Shown here piece after piece: positions 28,711-39,593 of a stretch of 64,000 nt of DNA. The position numbers and the translations under genes were made by a program. This DNA comes from Methanocella sp. (lineage in GTDB: Archaea > Thermoproteota > Bathyarchaeia > Bathyarchaeales > Bathycorpusculaceae). Position 1 is the stretch's first letter, and every line of letters starts with the position of its first letter. Below the pieces are notes generated by a model. The model made no database searches, was not told where the DNA came from, and saw nothing but the letters and a program-made list of their open reading frames with translations. The stretch lies in NCBI GenBank assembly GCA_050261115.1, contig JBLNCY010000003.1, positions 19,673 to 83,672 of the forward strand. Direction: 5' to 3'.

Positions 28711-29406
28711 ATGATCGAACAAATAAACTCCAACATATCAGTCGTAATTGCAACTCTCAACGAAGAAGAAGGGATAGGTCCTACAATCGACGAGATGCAG
28801 AGGGTTCTTAAGAATCCTTACTTGGTCGTTGTGGACGGTAACAGTGTTGACCGAACCATCGAAATCGCCAAAAACATGGGCGCCGATGTCATGCTCCAGA
28901 CGGGCAAAGGTAAAGGCGACGCAATGTTTCAAGGCTTCCGTGACATTGTCTCCAAAGTACCCTATGTTGTTTTCACAGATGCGGACTATACGTATCCGGC
29001 CCACTACGTTCCCCAAATGGTGGAGATTTTAGAGCAGAACCCCGACGTGGGCATGGTTATTGGCAATCGCTTTAGAGGCCAAATTAACGATTCCAAGTCA
29101 ATCACTAATCCCTTCTATGTCGGTAACCGCCTCTTGGCGTTTGCGCAGTTGGTTATGAATGGCGTAAAACTGGAGGATCCCCTGTCAGGTTTGCGGGTTG
29201 TCCGAAGTGAAGCTATTGATGGTTGGAGACCAAAAAGCAAAGGATTCGATGTAGAGGCAGAAATGAATGCGCTTATTGAGCGTAAGGGTTTTCGCATTGT
29301 CGAAATCCCCATTGATTACCGTAATCGAATGGGCGAGAAGAAGCTTAAACTGAGACATGGTTTAGGGATCATGCGGCGGATCCTCGCTGAAGGTTTGACC
29401 ATTTAA
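28711..29406 (+). CDS. GT2 DPM1-like glycosyltransferase
   Basis: TLNEE, VDGNSVD, GKG, DADYTYP, DPLSG and GFDVE motifs. Confidence 0.92.
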   Translation: MIEQINSNISVVIATLNEEEGIGPTIDEMQRVLKNPYLVVVDGNSVDRTIEIAKNMGADVMLQTGKGKGDAMFQGFRDIVSKVPYVVFTDADYTYPAHYVPQMVEILEQNPDVGMVIGNRFRGQINDSKSITNPFYVGNRLLAFAQLVMNGVKLEDPLSGLRVVRSEAIDGWRPKSKGFDVEAEMNALIERKGFRIVEIPIDYRNRMGEKKLKLRHGLGIMRRILAEGLTI

Positions 29407-29467
29407 TCGTCCCTCTTTTTACCGATTTTTTCCCATCGTATCTGGCTTTTTGGAGTAAATAGATTAC

Positions 29468-30460
29468 ATGACAATTGAACCCCCACTGAGATTAGGTATT
29501 GTTGGCTTAGGCAAAATGGGCATAATGCATGCCTGTTTACTGAATACTTTTCCCAATGTGGTGTTAGCGGGATTATGTGACAAAAGCCGCTTAATGCGAA
29601 ACATAGCAAAACAACCCTTCAAAAACGCAGTAGTAACCGATGACCTAGAAAAATTTTCTAGTCTGGCTCTTGACGCCGTTTTTGTTTTGACTCCGATTCC
29701 AAGTCATTATCCAATCATTAAACAAATCTATGAAAAGAAAATAGCAAAAAACGTGTTTGTAGAAAAAACGCTGTCTTCAAGTTACAGCCAATCCAAAGAA
29801 CTACAAGCCTCCTCTGAGCGGCTTAAGAGCGTAAGCATGGTTGGCTACATGAAACGCTTTGCGGTCACTTTTAACCTGGCAAAAAGCCTTCTTGAGCAGC
29901 AAGTATTGGGGGATCTGAGTTCTTTCTATACATATGCTTTTTCCTCTGACTTCACGTCCATTCAAGAGGGTTCAACGTTGCCATCGGCGCGTGGAGGCGT
30001 GCTGGAGGATCTGGGATCGCACGTTATGGATTTAGCTTTATGGTTCTTTGGTAACTTGAGGCCTACAAATGTAACTATTAATTCCGGTGTTGGCTCGGAG
30101 GATGATTTAACTTTCTCGGTTAAGGGGAAAGATGGTTTAGAGGGCAAGTTTGATGTTTCCTGGCGAAAACCAGAATATCGAATGCCCGAATTCGGTTTTA
30201 AAATCCATGGATCTAGAGGAAAGTTAAGTGTTAATGACGATGAAGTTTGTCTTGAACTCGATGGTGCCTCGACAAAGCGCTGGTACCGCCCAGACATGGA
30301 TGATAACGTCGGTTTTCTGCTTGGCGCCCCCGAGTATTACCGGGAAGACCAGCATTATCTAGATGCCCTGACGGCGAATGTGCCTTTGAAGGTTGATTTT
30401 AAGGAGGCACTCAAGGTTGACTTATTAATTGATCAGGTGAGACAACTTTGGAAAAACTAA
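29468..30460 (+). CDS. Gfo/Idh/MocA oxidoreductase
   Basis: GLGKMG, VEK, GYMKRF and GGVLEDLGSH motifs. Confidence 0.9.
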   Translation: MTIEPPLRLGIVGLGKMGIMHACLLNTFPNVVLAGLCDKSRLMRNIAKQPFKNAVVTDDLEKFSSLALDAVFVLTPIPSHYPIIKQIYEKKIAKNVFVEKTLSSSYSQSKELQASSERLKSVSMVGYMKRFAVTFNLAKSLLEQQVLGDLSSFYTYAFSSDFTSIQEGSTLPSARGGVLEDLGSHVMDLALWFFGNLRPTNVTINSGVGSEDDLTFSVKGKDGLEGKFDVSWRKPEYRMPEFGFKIHGSRGKLSVNDDEVCLELDGASTKRWYRPDMDDNVGFLLGAPEYYREDQHYLDALTANVPLKVDFKEALKVDLLIDQVRQLWKN

Positions 30461-31365
30461 ACCTCCTAGTCGGCGACAACCCCTTCCACGGGATTAGTCA
30501 TCTTTCACAGGAGCGGGCACGCGCCAGACATATAGAACACGCTGAAAACACCAGTAGCTATGCCGCGAATTTAGTGCAGCTTTCTTTAGAGAATGGCGCC
30601 GATGGCTTTCTTTGTTCTGTTGATGAAATTACACTATCAGTAATTGAGAAACTCAGCCATAGCTTCACTGGAAACGTTCAGCTCTACGTTATTGCACCCT
30701 ACGCTTACGAGTATGTACGTAAATCCACACAGACAGGTGGCGTTGGGGGGTTAGCGGCAAGCGTTGCGAAGTCGATGATTTTTTCTAAAAACATAAGAGT
30801 GATTGCTGCAAACCTTGGTGGTCTTGCACGGTTTGAGTTGGCGGCGTTGCTTGAGGCTTATGTGGCCTATGAGTTGTCTCGCATCAAGGCGGTTTCAGGC
30901 AAAAACATCCGGCTGGTCTCGTTTATGCTACATGAAATAGTCACTGACATGGTGTTAGCGCTAAACATGGAGAACCTATGTAAGTCCTACATTAAGTTTT
31001 TAGAGAAGAATAATGTTAGGCCTGGGTTTGAAACACGTAACTTTCCCTATTTGGTAAGTAAATTCAGCCAATGGGGGATTGACTTCGGCAAAATAACCGT
31101 AACCACCTCATTTAACAAGGTTGGTTTCCAAATGTGCCCTTCCCAAATAGATTGCGAAGCTGCACTAGAGAAAGCCAAAGACGCAGAAGTTATTGCTATG
31201 AGTGTACTTGCGGCTGGCTATCTAAAACCTGCTGACGCGTTTGGGTACATTTCAGGTCTTGACGGGCTTAGTGGCCTTGTTATCGGGGTTTCAAAGGAGC
31301 ACCAAGCTAAAGAAACCTTTAGGCTTTTTGCGGAAAACCCCTCTACAGCGCCTGTTTATGCTTAA
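30448..31365 (+). CDS. Conserved hypothetical protein (possible TIM barrel)
   Basis: LLVGDNPFHGISH, FNKVGFQM and IAMSVLAAG; overlaps both neighbouring genes. Confidence 0.7.
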   Translation: MEKLNLLVGDNPFHGISHLSQERARARHIEHAENTSSYAANLVQLSLENGADGFLCSVDEITLSVIEKLSHSFTGNVQLYVIAPYAYEYVRKSTQTGGVGGLAASVAKSMIFSKNIRVIAANLGGLARFELAALLEAYVAYELSRIKAVSGKNIRLVSFMLHEIVTDMVLALNMENLCKSYIKFLEKNNVRPGFETRNFPYLVSKFSQWGIDFGKITVTTSFNKVGFQMCPSQIDCEAALEKAKDAEVIAMSVLAAGYLKPADAFGYISGLDGLSGLVIGVSKEHQAKETFRLFAENPSTAPVYA

Positions 31366-32554
31366 CTTTGCGTTAGGAGGCCTTCTGATTTTTCTTATAG
31401 CAGCTTGGCTTTTAGTAGGCGCCATATTTTTCGGTTTACCTCTTTTCTATTTCGCTTATATGAAGAAGCGTTCGTATGGTCGCTGGAATCTTAGACTCGA
31501 CGGTAGTTATTTGCCGTCTGCCACCGTGCTTATTCCGGTGCATAACGAAGAAAAGCTGGTTCGACTCAAGCTTGAAAACATCGCCAAAGTCGACTACCCC
31601 GCGGACAAGTTGGAAGTCGTGGTTGTTAACGACTGCTCAGTCGACAGCACTATAAACGAAGTAAACCAATACATCGCAGCCCATCCGGAGCAGAAGATAC
31701 ATGTTTTTGATAGCCAAGTGCATCTGGGTAAAGTTGGCTGCTTAAACCGTGCGCTTGAAAACGTGCGGTCGGATGTGGTGATTATTTCGGATGTTGATTG
31801 CTTTTGGCCAAGCGACATACTCACTAAGTCACTCACCTACCTTTCGGATCCCACTGTGGGCGCTGTAACTGCGCGTGAGTTGCTTTTGAATTCAGGTGAC
31901 AGTTGGGTTACGATTGGCGAGCAATTCTATGATACCAACATCCAAGCGGTCCGAATCGGCGAATCAAAGCTCCACTCAACCATTATCTTTCAGGGTGGCT
32001 TTGCAGCCTACAAACGGAATGCATTCATGGAGTTTAATCATGCCACTGACGACTCTGGAACAGCTCTCGACATCGTGCAAACCAACCTGCGAACCTTGCT
32101 GATTCCTGAAATAGGGTTTTTCACAGTCACCCCAACCACTTGGCGAAGCAAAATCAACATAAAAATCCGCCGAGCAGGCCACTTGCAGCACCTCTGGGCA
32201 CGATCCCTAAATCTATTAGTTCATCGCAGGTTGATTATGCCCAAACGGATCGCAATACCAGAAATTATTCTACACATCTTTAATCCGCTTTTGATGATTC
32301 TGTTGGTTGCTTTGACCATGGCGGTGGCGGTTGCTTATCCGCTTCTGGGGCTGCTACTGCTGGTTATGTTTGGAGGCGTGTTGGCTGTGCGGCGGACAAG
32401 GGTTATGGCTTTTGAGTTGGTGCAGAATAACTTGATTCTGTTGTTGGCGTTGTCTTCTTTTGTAACTAAACGGAACTTCACGTTCTGGAAACCTGTGGCG
32501 GATTCCCGTTCAGCGCTTGACGACGCTGTCTTGCGAAAATTGAATTTAATATAA
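31358..32554 (+). CDS. Membrane GT2 glycosyltransferase (CESA-like)
   Basis: N-terminal TM, PVHNEE, NDCSVD, GK, SDVD, DD, R.R motif and C-terminal TMs. Confidence 0.88.
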   Translation: MLNFALGGLLIFLIAAWLLVGAIFFGLPLFYFAYMKKRSYGRWNLRLDGSYLPSATVLIPVHNEEKLVRLKLENIAKVDYPADKLEVVVVNDCSVDSTINEVNQYIAAHPEQKIHVFDSQVHLGKVGCLNRALENVRSDVVIISDVDCFWPSDILTKSLTYLSDPTVGAVTARELLLNSGDSWVTIGEQFYDTNIQAVRIGESKLHSTIIFQGGFAAYKRNAFMEFNHATDDSGTALDIVQTNLRTLLIPEIGFFTVTPTTWRSKINIKIRRAGHLQHLWARSLNLLVHRRLIMPKRIAIPEIILHIFNPLLMILLVALTMAVAVAYPLLGLLLLVMFGGVLAVRRTRVMAFELVQNNLILLLALSSFVTKRNFTFWKPVADSRSALDDAVLRKLNLI

Positions 32555-32705
32555 CACCCTCGCTCGCTAAAAACTCCCCAAGATGATGCATAGATAAGCC
32601 CAATTCCCGCAGTAATTCCATTCAATGCAGTTGCACACCCAACCATTAACTCCCCTTCCAACTGCCTCTAGCAATCGCCAAAGAAAACCAACAATCCCCT
32701 GAATG

Positions 32706-32775
32706 CCTCCTGTTGCCCTCTGCGGTTGCTGAGTCTATACATAAGGGAGGGAGTCCCTCGGCAGAGCAACAGAGG
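32706..32775 (+). repeat. Dispersed intergenic repeat, copy 3
   Basis: GAGTCTATACATAAGGGAGGGAGTCCCTCGGCAGAGCAACAG, inside an imperfect inverted repeat CCTCCTGTTGCCCTCTGC / GCAGAGCAACAGAGG. Confidence 0.72.
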
Positions 32776-32816
32776 ATATTGAAAGCCATCATTATTTCTA
32801 GTTGAGTTGAGCGTTC

Positions 32817-33731
32817 TTGGCTACCCACCAACCCACAGTCACAGTAGGTTTATGCGTAAAAAACAGCGCCCAATCTATAAAAACAGCAATCAGATCCCTT
32901 TGCAACCAAACCTATCCCGCACAGAAAATCGAGCTGCTGACAGTCGACGGTAACAGCCAAGACGGCACCCTCCAATTAATCCAGCAAAACCTTACCGCAC
33001 CGTTTGGAAGCGTACGCTTTCTAACCGAGAACAGCGGGCTAGGCATCGCGCGCCAGATGGTCGTTGAGCAAGCAAGCGGCAAATACATCGTCTGGCTAGA
33101 CGCCGACATGATACTCGACGCACGCTACATCGAAAACCAAGTAGCATACATGGAAAAGCACCCAACCGTCGGGATCGCCGCAGGCAAATATAACATACAC
33201 ATAGGCCACGGTTTAGCAGCTGACCTTGAAAACATCGTCTATGCCGTGGACTCAGTGTATGGACAACGGGGCAATGCCTCGAAGTTCGGCTATCTCCCCG
33301 GAGCGGAGGGTGCAATCTATCGGGTTCAGGCAGTAAGAGGCGTTGGCGGGTTTGACACTAACATCAACGGCGCCGCCGAGGACACCGAAATGGCCTACCG
33401 AGTCCGAGCAAACGGCTGGGAACTAGCAATTACCGGGGAATCCTTCACGGAGTCCACTCGCGCCAACTGGCAGTCCCTATGGCGACAATACGTCTGGTAT
33501 GGCAAAGGCGGCCACTACATTCACCATAAAGACCCCCGCTCCATCAGCATCGTCAAAATGTCCCCCATCGGAGGCTTCCTAGCGGGTATTATGCGATCAC
33601 CCGGTGCATATCTGTTGACGCATAAGAAGACCTTCTTTCTTTTACCATTTCACTATACCTATAAGCGTATAGCTTGGTTCGTCGGGTTCTGTAGTGCGCA
33701 CCTCAATGGGTATGGCCATAACATAAACTGA
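32817..33731 (+). CDS. GT2 glycosyltransferase
   Basis: VDGNSQDGT, LDAD, GFD and AED motifs. Confidence 0.9.
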   Translation: MATHQPTVTVGLCVKNSAQSIKTAIRSLCNQTYPAQKIELLTVDGNSQDGTLQLIQQNLTAPFGSVRFLTENSGLGIARQMVVEQASGKYIVWLDADMILDARYIENQVAYMEKHPTVGIAAGKYNIHIGHGLAADLENIVYAVDSVYGQRGNASKFGYLPGAEGAIYRVQAVRGVGGFDTNINGAAEDTEMAYRVRANGWELAITGESFTESTRANWQSLWRQYVWYGKGGHYIHHKDPRSISIVKMSPIGGFLAGIMRSPGAYLLTHKKTFFLLPFHYTYKRIAWFVGFCSAHLNGYGHNIN

Positions 33732-33752
33732 TGCCGTCGGGTCTTAGCAAGA

Positions 33753-34670
33753 GTGGTTATGTATATGACTGCGATGGTTACAGTCGGCATCTGTGTGCGA
33801 AACGGCGAAAAAACACTTCCCGCAGCCATAAACAGCATCCTAAAACAGAACTATCCCCAAGACCGCATCCAAATCATCATCGTCGACGACGGAAGCACCG
33901 ACAGCACCCCACAAATCATCGAAACATACACAAAAAAACATGGCAGCCAAATAAAACCATACAAATCCAGCTGGAGAGGGCTTGGTGCAGCCCGAAACCT
34001 AATCGTTAACCAAGCAGAAGGAAAATACCTGCTCTTTGTTGACGCAGACGAAATCTTAACCTCCGAATACATAAAACTCCAAGTCCAAACCTTGGAAAAC
34101 AACCCGCGGGTTGGAATCACCGCGGGAGTATTCAAAACGGTAGCCAACAACTTGATTCTAAACCTTGAAGTCGCCCCCCATATCGTCAACCAGAAAAGCT
34201 ATGGAAAACCCAAAAGCTTCATATGGAAAACTGAAAAACTCGTCGGCACCGGCGGAACAACCTTCCGCTTAGAAGCCATACGACAAGTCAAGGGGTTTGA
34301 TGAGCGCATTAGAGGCGCCGGCGAAGACACCGACCTAATTTTGAGAATCAAAAAAGCAGGCTGGCTGCTTCAACCCAACGGGGCAGAACTCTACGAGTTG
34401 CACGGGGGCTTATCAACACCTCATGCACTTTGGAGAAAGTATTACTGGTATGGCTTTGGTTGTCAGAGAAGCTTCAAAAAGACTCATGGCGCTTTTTCTG
34501 TACCGCGTATGACGCCGCTGGCGGGGTTAGTAACGGGGTTGCTTTATTCTTTTCCAGCATACAAGTTCCTGCGCCAAAAAGCAATGTTTCTTCTGCCGCT
34601 TCATTATGGCTTAAAACTTACCGCATGGACCTGCGGATTTATGAAAGGGCAATTAACAAAAATAGACTAG
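33753..34670 (+). CDS. GT2 glycosyltransferase (paralogue of the upstream gene)
   Basis: VDDGSTDST, VDAD, GFD and GED motifs. Confidence 0.9.
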   Translation: MVMYMTAMVTVGICVRNGEKTLPAAINSILKQNYPQDRIQIIIVDDGSTDSTPQIIETYTKKHGSQIKPYKSSWRGLGAARNLIVNQAEGKYLLFVDADEILTSEYIKLQVQTLENNPRVGITAGVFKTVANNLILNLEVAPHIVNQKSYGKPKSFIWKTEKLVGTGGTTFRLEAIRQVKGFDERIRGAGEDTDLILRIKKAGWLLQPNGAELYELHGGLSTPHALWRKYYWYGFGCQRSFKKTHGAFSVPRMTPLAGLVTGLLYSFPAYKFLRQKAMFLLPLHYGLKLTAWTCGFMKGQLTKID

Positions 34671-34700
34671 AAACAAAAAAGGAAAGGTTTGGTTGGTTTT

Positions 34701-36395
34701 CTATCTTAGCTGGATTGCAAACCAAGAGTTGAATCTTGGCCAGAAGAACAAGAGCCAGTTCCGATAGAAGAATCCTCTGACTGTGTCAAATGAGCGTTCT
34801 GGTGTTGGTTCAGGTGTTGCCGGTTCTGTCGGTGTTGGTTCCTCTGTTGGGGTAATGGTTGGTTCAGGGGTTTCTGTTGGGGTAGCTGTTGGTTCGGGTG
34901 TAGATGGAACTTGGGGTGCGCTTGGGCTCACTGGTTCTTCTGCTGGGGTTTGAGTTGGTTCGGGTGTGGCTTGTGTTTGGATTGGTGTCTCGGTTGGAGC
35001 TGGGGTAGCTACTTCGGTCGGTGTGGGTGCTGGAGCCTCGGTGGGTGCAGGTGTAGCGGGCGCAGTTGGAGCAGGAGTTTCAACCTGAACTGAGCCTGGT
35101 TTGTAGGCGTCGATTAATGCTTGTCCCATAGCGTTTGGTTGGTATCCGCTGCTTAGCATTGTTTCGCCGGCGTAGACTGGACCTAGACCTGAATCGCTTA
35201 GCCAGTAGTATGCGCCTGCGCCAATACCTAAATCGTATTGTGCTCTTAGCAGATTTGTCCACCAGGTAACGTCTCTTTGTCTGTTTGATGAATATGATAG
35301 ACATGAGCCCTCTTCGTTGACGACTAGTGGAGCGGTAACGCCCATGCTGTTTATTCCGGCTTGGAGTTGCGCTTTGATTCCTTCGTAGTCAGTTGCCCAG
35401 TAACTTGTTAAGTCGGTTGGTGCGTAGTAGTAGAGGTGGGTTGTGTAGACTAGGTTGGTTGCGCCTGGGATTGCGTCGGCGATTTGTTTGCACCAGTTTA
35501 GTGTGTTGCCGTATCCGTTGGGGAACCAGCCCATGCGCCATTGCATCATGATCAAGTGGTTTGAGCCTGTGCCGCGGATTGCCTCATACATAGTTTGTAG
35601 GTATGTTAGGAATCCTGCTGGGATGGGGTCAACGTCGCTGCCGAGGTTTGGTTCGTTCCACGCGTCAAAGATGACGTTTGGGTGATCCTTGAAGGTGATT
35701 GCCATGTCGCTCCAGAGCCATTTCCAGAAGCCGATTTCGTTGTTTGCATAGCCTGCGTCTGCTAGGAACCGGTTTGCTGGTTCGTCCCAGCCGCTTAATG
35801 GTAAGCCTTGCCAGCCGAAGTTGCTGGTTGCGTATTTGTCAAGGTCAAAGCTGCTTGCTGATGGTGTCAACGTGTATGGCACGAGGTCGACGTAGATGCC
35901 GTATTTGGCTGCTTCCGTTGCTAAGGTTTTTAGGTATTCTTTCATGCTGATTGGGTTTGTCATGTAGGTGTAGCTTGAGCTTTCCTGTGCAGGAACAATG
36001 TTGTCGCGGTAGTACCAGCTTGGGTAGAAAAAGACACGAATCATGTTGATGTGCCAAGTGTTCTTCATTACGTCGAATGTTTGAGCCATGATGGCTGGGT
36101 CTGTGTTCCATTGGACGCCCCAGTTGTCGCTGCTGCCTTGGCCCCATAGAATCATGTTTGGCGCAAAGCCCGCAAGGCCCATGCCCCTGAGGTAAACAGA
36201 GTTTCCGTCTGAATCAAGGATATAGGTTCCTGAGGTGTGGAGCGGGGAAGTTGTAGGTGCTGCCTGAACTGGTTGCATTGCAAGCACTGAAACCATGCTG
36301 ATTAAGAACAGGGCGGTCATGCAGATAGCGATTGGCTTTGAGAGTTTCTTGGCGTTTAGGGTGTGGAGTGTCTTCTCTAATATGTTTGTGTTCAA
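34701..36395 (-). CDS. Secreted GH5-like glycoside hydrolase with PT/PE-rich linker and aromatic C-terminal tail
   Basis: Signal peptide, LHTSG..ILD..G..V.LRG, NMIRV, acid/base WNEP, H.Y, nucleophile NEEG. Confidence 0.85.
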   Translation of the reverse strand: MNTNILEKTLHTLNAKKLSKPIAICMTALFLISMVSVLAMQPVQAAPTTSPLHTSGTYILDSDGNSVYLRGMGLAGFAPNMILWGQGSSDNWGVQWNTDPAIMAQTFDVMKNTWHINMIRVFFYPSWYYRDNIVPAQESSSYTYMTNPISMKEYLKTLATEAAKYGIYVDLVPYTLTPSASSFDLDKYATSNFGWQGLPLSGWDEPANRFLADAGYANNEIGFWKWLWSDMAITFKDHPNVIFDAWNEPNLGSDVDPIPAGFLTYLQTMYEAIRGTGSNHLIMMQWRMGWFPNGYGNTLNWCKQIADAIPGATNLVYTTHLYYYAPTDLTSYWATDYEGIKAQLQAGINSMGVTAPLVVNEEGSCLSYSSNRQRDVTWWTNLLRAQYDLGIGAGAYYWLSDSGLGPVYAGETMLSSGYQPNAMGQALIDAYKPGSVQVETPAPTAPATPAPTEAPAPTPTEVATPAPTETPIQTQATPEPTQTPAEEPVSPSAPQVPSTPEPTATPTETPEPTITPTEEPTPTEPATPEPTPERSFDTVRGFFYRNWLLFFWPRFNSWFAIQLR

Positions 36396-36598
36396 TTTTC
36401 TCTCTCTCTTCCTGAATTTGAAAGCCTACTTAGGATAGATCATTTTTATATTCTCTTGAAAATGTCGATTCACCGTTTTGCAAAGCACAATTCGCATAAA
36501 AAAACGCTACAAATTCAGGCAAAAAAGGATCATAAAGCCTATTTTCCCGAAATACGCCTAAAAACCGGTTATTTATCAACCCGCCAGGGAAGCAACCA

Positions 36599-37714
36599 AT
36601 GACAAGCACAATCGGCGTCTTCTGCCCCACACTCAACGTTTACGGCGGCGGAGAATTCGTCGCTATCGCCATCGCAAACACCCTCGCCCAACACCACCAC
36701 AACGTAATCCTATTCTCAGCAAATATAATCAACCCCACAGCAATCAAAAACTACTTCGGGGAAACCATCCACCACAACATCCAAACAATCCAGCAACCAA
36801 CCCACTTCGCCCCCCGCAGCTTACCCGACTTCTACCAAACAATCATCCACTCATACACCGCAAAAAACCGCTGCCACATCTTCATCGATGCCTTCTCAAA
36901 TTGTGTATATCCCTGGACAGACATAACCTACATCCACTTCCCTTACCTCAACCGATTCAGCTTCAAAGCAAACTTCCCTTACCTTAAGCGGCCACGCTTC
37001 ACTCAAGCCGGCACACTGCCACACGTAATTCTTGAAAGAAACCTGATAGATTACGATAAGCGGCTGGTTCTAGCCAACAGCCAATACACAGCAAACGAAA
37101 TCACAAGATACTCAAACAAGAAATCACAAGTTCTTTACCCACCATTCCCATCCACCATTACACAAACCAAAAACTTCGCTAAAAACTCTGAAAAGTTGGT
37201 TGTGACGGTTTCACGGTTAGACGCCAACAAACTCTTAGAGAAGATACCTAAGATCGCCGTGCAAACAAGCACAGATATAAAATTCGCCGTCATCGGACGA
37301 CTCTGCAGCCAATCCACCCTTGACTACCTAGAGACGCTCGTGAAACGGCAGGGTTTGGATGATCGCATAAAGTTTTATCCTAACGCTTCAGCTGAACTAA
37401 AGGCGGATTTACTAAAACGGGCGAAGGTTTATCTGCACACGATGGAAGGTGAACACTTCGGCATTTCTATCGCAGAGGCTATGGCGTTTGGTTGCATCCC
37501 GGTTGTTCATGACTCGGGCGGCATGAAGGAATTCGTTCCAGAACCGAACCGCTATGTCAATATTGAGCAAGCAGCAGAAAAGGTCGTTGAAGAAATAAGC
37601 AGCTGGACACCTGCGAAAAGTAGAGAAACCACTGAATCAGTCACACAATTTTCGCTTGAGAACTTTTCTGAGAAATTCATGGATATCTTTCACAGGCATT
37701 TTGGGGGCGCTTAG
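36599..37714 (+). CDS. GT4 glycosyltransferase (ALG11-like)
   Basis: GGGE, ANSQYT, LYPP and [14 protein letters not shown] motifs. Confidence 0.9.
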   Translation: MTSTIGVFCPTLNVYGGGEFVAIAIANTLAQHHHNVILFSANIINPTAIKNYFGETIHHNIQTIQQPTHFAPRSLPDFYQTIIHSYTAKNRCHIFIDAFSNCVYPWTDITYIHFPYLNRFSFKANFPYLKRPRFTQAGTLPHVILERNLIDYDKRLVLANSQYTANEITRYSNKKSQVLYPPFPSTITQTKNFAKNSEKLVVTVSRLDANKLLEKIPKIAVQTSTDIKFAVIGRLCSQSTLDYLETLVKRQGLDDRIKFYPNASAELKADLLKRAKVYLHTMEGEHFGISIAEAMAFGCIPVVHDSGGMKEFVPEPNRYVNIEQAAEKVVEEISSWTPAKSRETTESVTQFSLENFSEKFMDIFHRHFGGA

Positions 37715-37715
37715 G

Positions 37716-38369
37716 TTGAATTGGTCATTAATCAGAGAATACAGAATTGGCCCAAGAACACTCTATAAGAGTTATAGAGTATCCAGAAAGACACGGGGCG
37801 CCCAATCATCGCCCTCCGCGTTACTTATCGACGGAAAAACTGACATCTACTTGGAGAAAACAGCTAAAATCATCAACAGTGGCTACTTGACTCTGGGTAT
37901 AGTTAACCGCGATTTCTATCCCGTGGCTAGACCCACGCGGCTTGCGATGGCTAAGGGTAGCACTCTTAAAATCAACGGAAACGTCCGCATGGGCGGCGGC
38001 GTGATGCTGGAGATATTCAAAGACGCTACAATCGAGTTAGGGAAGAATGTTGTTGTAAACTCTAACACGGCGTTCTTGGCAACAACCAAAATCACTGTAG
38101 GTGACCACACCAGCATATCCTGGGATGTTGAAATAATCGATTCAGACTTCCATCAACTATCGAAACCTGGAGCTGCATTGGCGGCGCCCATAAACATCGG
38201 TAACCATGTCCTTGTCGGGAACCGCGCCATCATCATGAAAGGTGTAACAATCGGTGATGGAGCAATCATAGCCGCAGGTGCCGTAGTAACAAAGGATGTA
38301 CCCCCAAACTGCTTAGCGGGTGGCGTACCGGCAAAAGTAATTAGAGAAAACGTCGCTTGGATTTCGTAG
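37716..38369 (+). CDS. Hexapeptide-repeat O-acyltransferase
   Basis: [32 protein letters not shown]. Confidence 0.9.
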   Translation: MNWSLIREYRIGPRTLYKSYRVSRKTRGAQSSPSALLIDGKTDIYLEKTAKIINSGYLTLGIVNRDFYPVARPTRLAMAKGSTLKINGNVRMGGGVMLEIFKDATIELGKNVVVNSNTAFLATTKITVGDHTSISWDVEIIDSDFHQLSKPGAALAAPINIGNHVLVGNRAIIMKGVTIGDGAIIAAGAVVTKDVPPNCLAGGVPAKVIRENVAWIS

Positions 38370-38393
38370 CTAATAGTTTTTGAGTGAATACGT

Positions 38394-39584
38394 TTGCATG
38401 TCTGTCACGTTTGGGAAAGGTTCTGGCCCATCGATATAGGTGGCTTAGAACGCTACATACTCTGGCTAAGCAGTTACCTAGCCAAAAAGGAAGCCATAGA
38501 ATTCTCCCTCATAACGGGCCGGACAAAAATTCTACTTCTAACTAAAAATATCAATAAATTCGAAGACTCAGGCTTCCTTAAAGTCCACCGCTTGGGGCCC
38601 TCACCAGCCGATATAATTAACGGCTTCTGCATGTACACTCTGGGGTTCACGCCAAAACTCGTCGATAAAATGAAGTTTGCAGGCCTCTACCGAGAAGCCG
38701 TTGGATTAAAAATGGCCAAGACCGCCGACGTCTTTCACATCCACGGGATATGGCGGGACCTAGAATACATCAAACTCGGCATTAGCCTAAGCAGACATTA
38801 CAAAAAGCCGTTGGTGGTTACGTTGCATGGCGGGTACGTCGGTGACCCTCTGCATGGTGGTATGCCGTTGGAGTCGACTCAAGTGCGAGATATTTTGGAG
38901 AATGATGCTACCGCCATCACCACATACTCCAAAGAAATCCTGAGCACTCTTGAAAAAATGGGTTTAGGCTATAAAAGCCACTTAGTCACAAACTTTGTTG
39001 ATACCCCCCAATTCAGAAAACCCGCCCAGTCACCCAAGCATGACGTCACAGTCGTCTATGTAGGTAGGCTTGAACCAGTCCAGACCCCCGGCTTAGTGGT
39101 TGAGGCATTCAAAAAAGTCAATGATAGATTTCCCAACGCTAAACTCATCATCGTCGGATACGGTAGACTGTTTGAGCCGCTAAAGCTGCAAATCAAAAGG
39201 CTGAATCTCGAGGATGCGGTGACACTAACAGGTAAACAGACTGACGTGCGAAAATATCTCTGGCAAAGCGACGTTTTTGTAGCTACCAACTTTGGTTATA
39301 TCGCAATGTTGGAGGCGTGGGCTGCTGGGCTTGCGGTTGTGGCGCCAAACTTTGGGGTTCTAAAGGAGACTGTTAGCGATCGGTATAGCGGCTTGCTTTT
39401 TGAACCCAATAACGCCATGGATTTGGCGGATAAGTTGACATTAGCCATAGAAGATGCTTGGCTTAGAGAGCAGATGATTGCAAACGGCGCTCAGACCGTG
39501 CAAGGGTATGATATCCGTGCAGTGGCACCAAAGATGTCAGAGATTTACCGTGAAGTCACCGAAAAAAGTAACATAACGTTTTAG
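38394..39584 (+). CDS. GT4 glycosyltransferase
   Basis: GGLE, TLHG, YVGRL and LEAWAAG motifs. Confidence 0.88.
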   Translation: MHVCHVWERFWPIDIGGLERYILWLSSYLAKKEAIEFSLITGRTKILLLTKNINKFEDSGFLKVHRLGPSPADIINGFCMYTLGFTPKLVDKMKFAGLYREAVGLKMAKTADVFHIHGIWRDLEYIKLGISLSRHYKKPLVVTLHGGYVGDPLHGGMPLESTQVRDILENDATAITTYSKEILSTLEKMGLGYKSHLVTNFVDTPQFRKPAQSPKHDVTVVYVGRLEPVQTPGLVVEAFKKVNDRFPNAKLIIVGYGRLFEPLKLQIKRLNLEDAVTLTGKQTDVRKYLWQSDVFVATNFGYIAMLEAWAAGLAVVAPNFGVLKETVSDRYSGLLFEPNNAMDLADKLTLAIEDAWLREQMIANGAQTVQGYDIRAVAPKMSEIYREVTEKSNITF

Positions 39585-39593
39585 GGACCAGAC

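Noticed and set aside
34795-35080. Tandem-looking repeats considered as a CRISPR array or VNTR
   Set aside because: They encode the PTE/PAP linker; there is no constant repeat with unique spacers and no cas genes.
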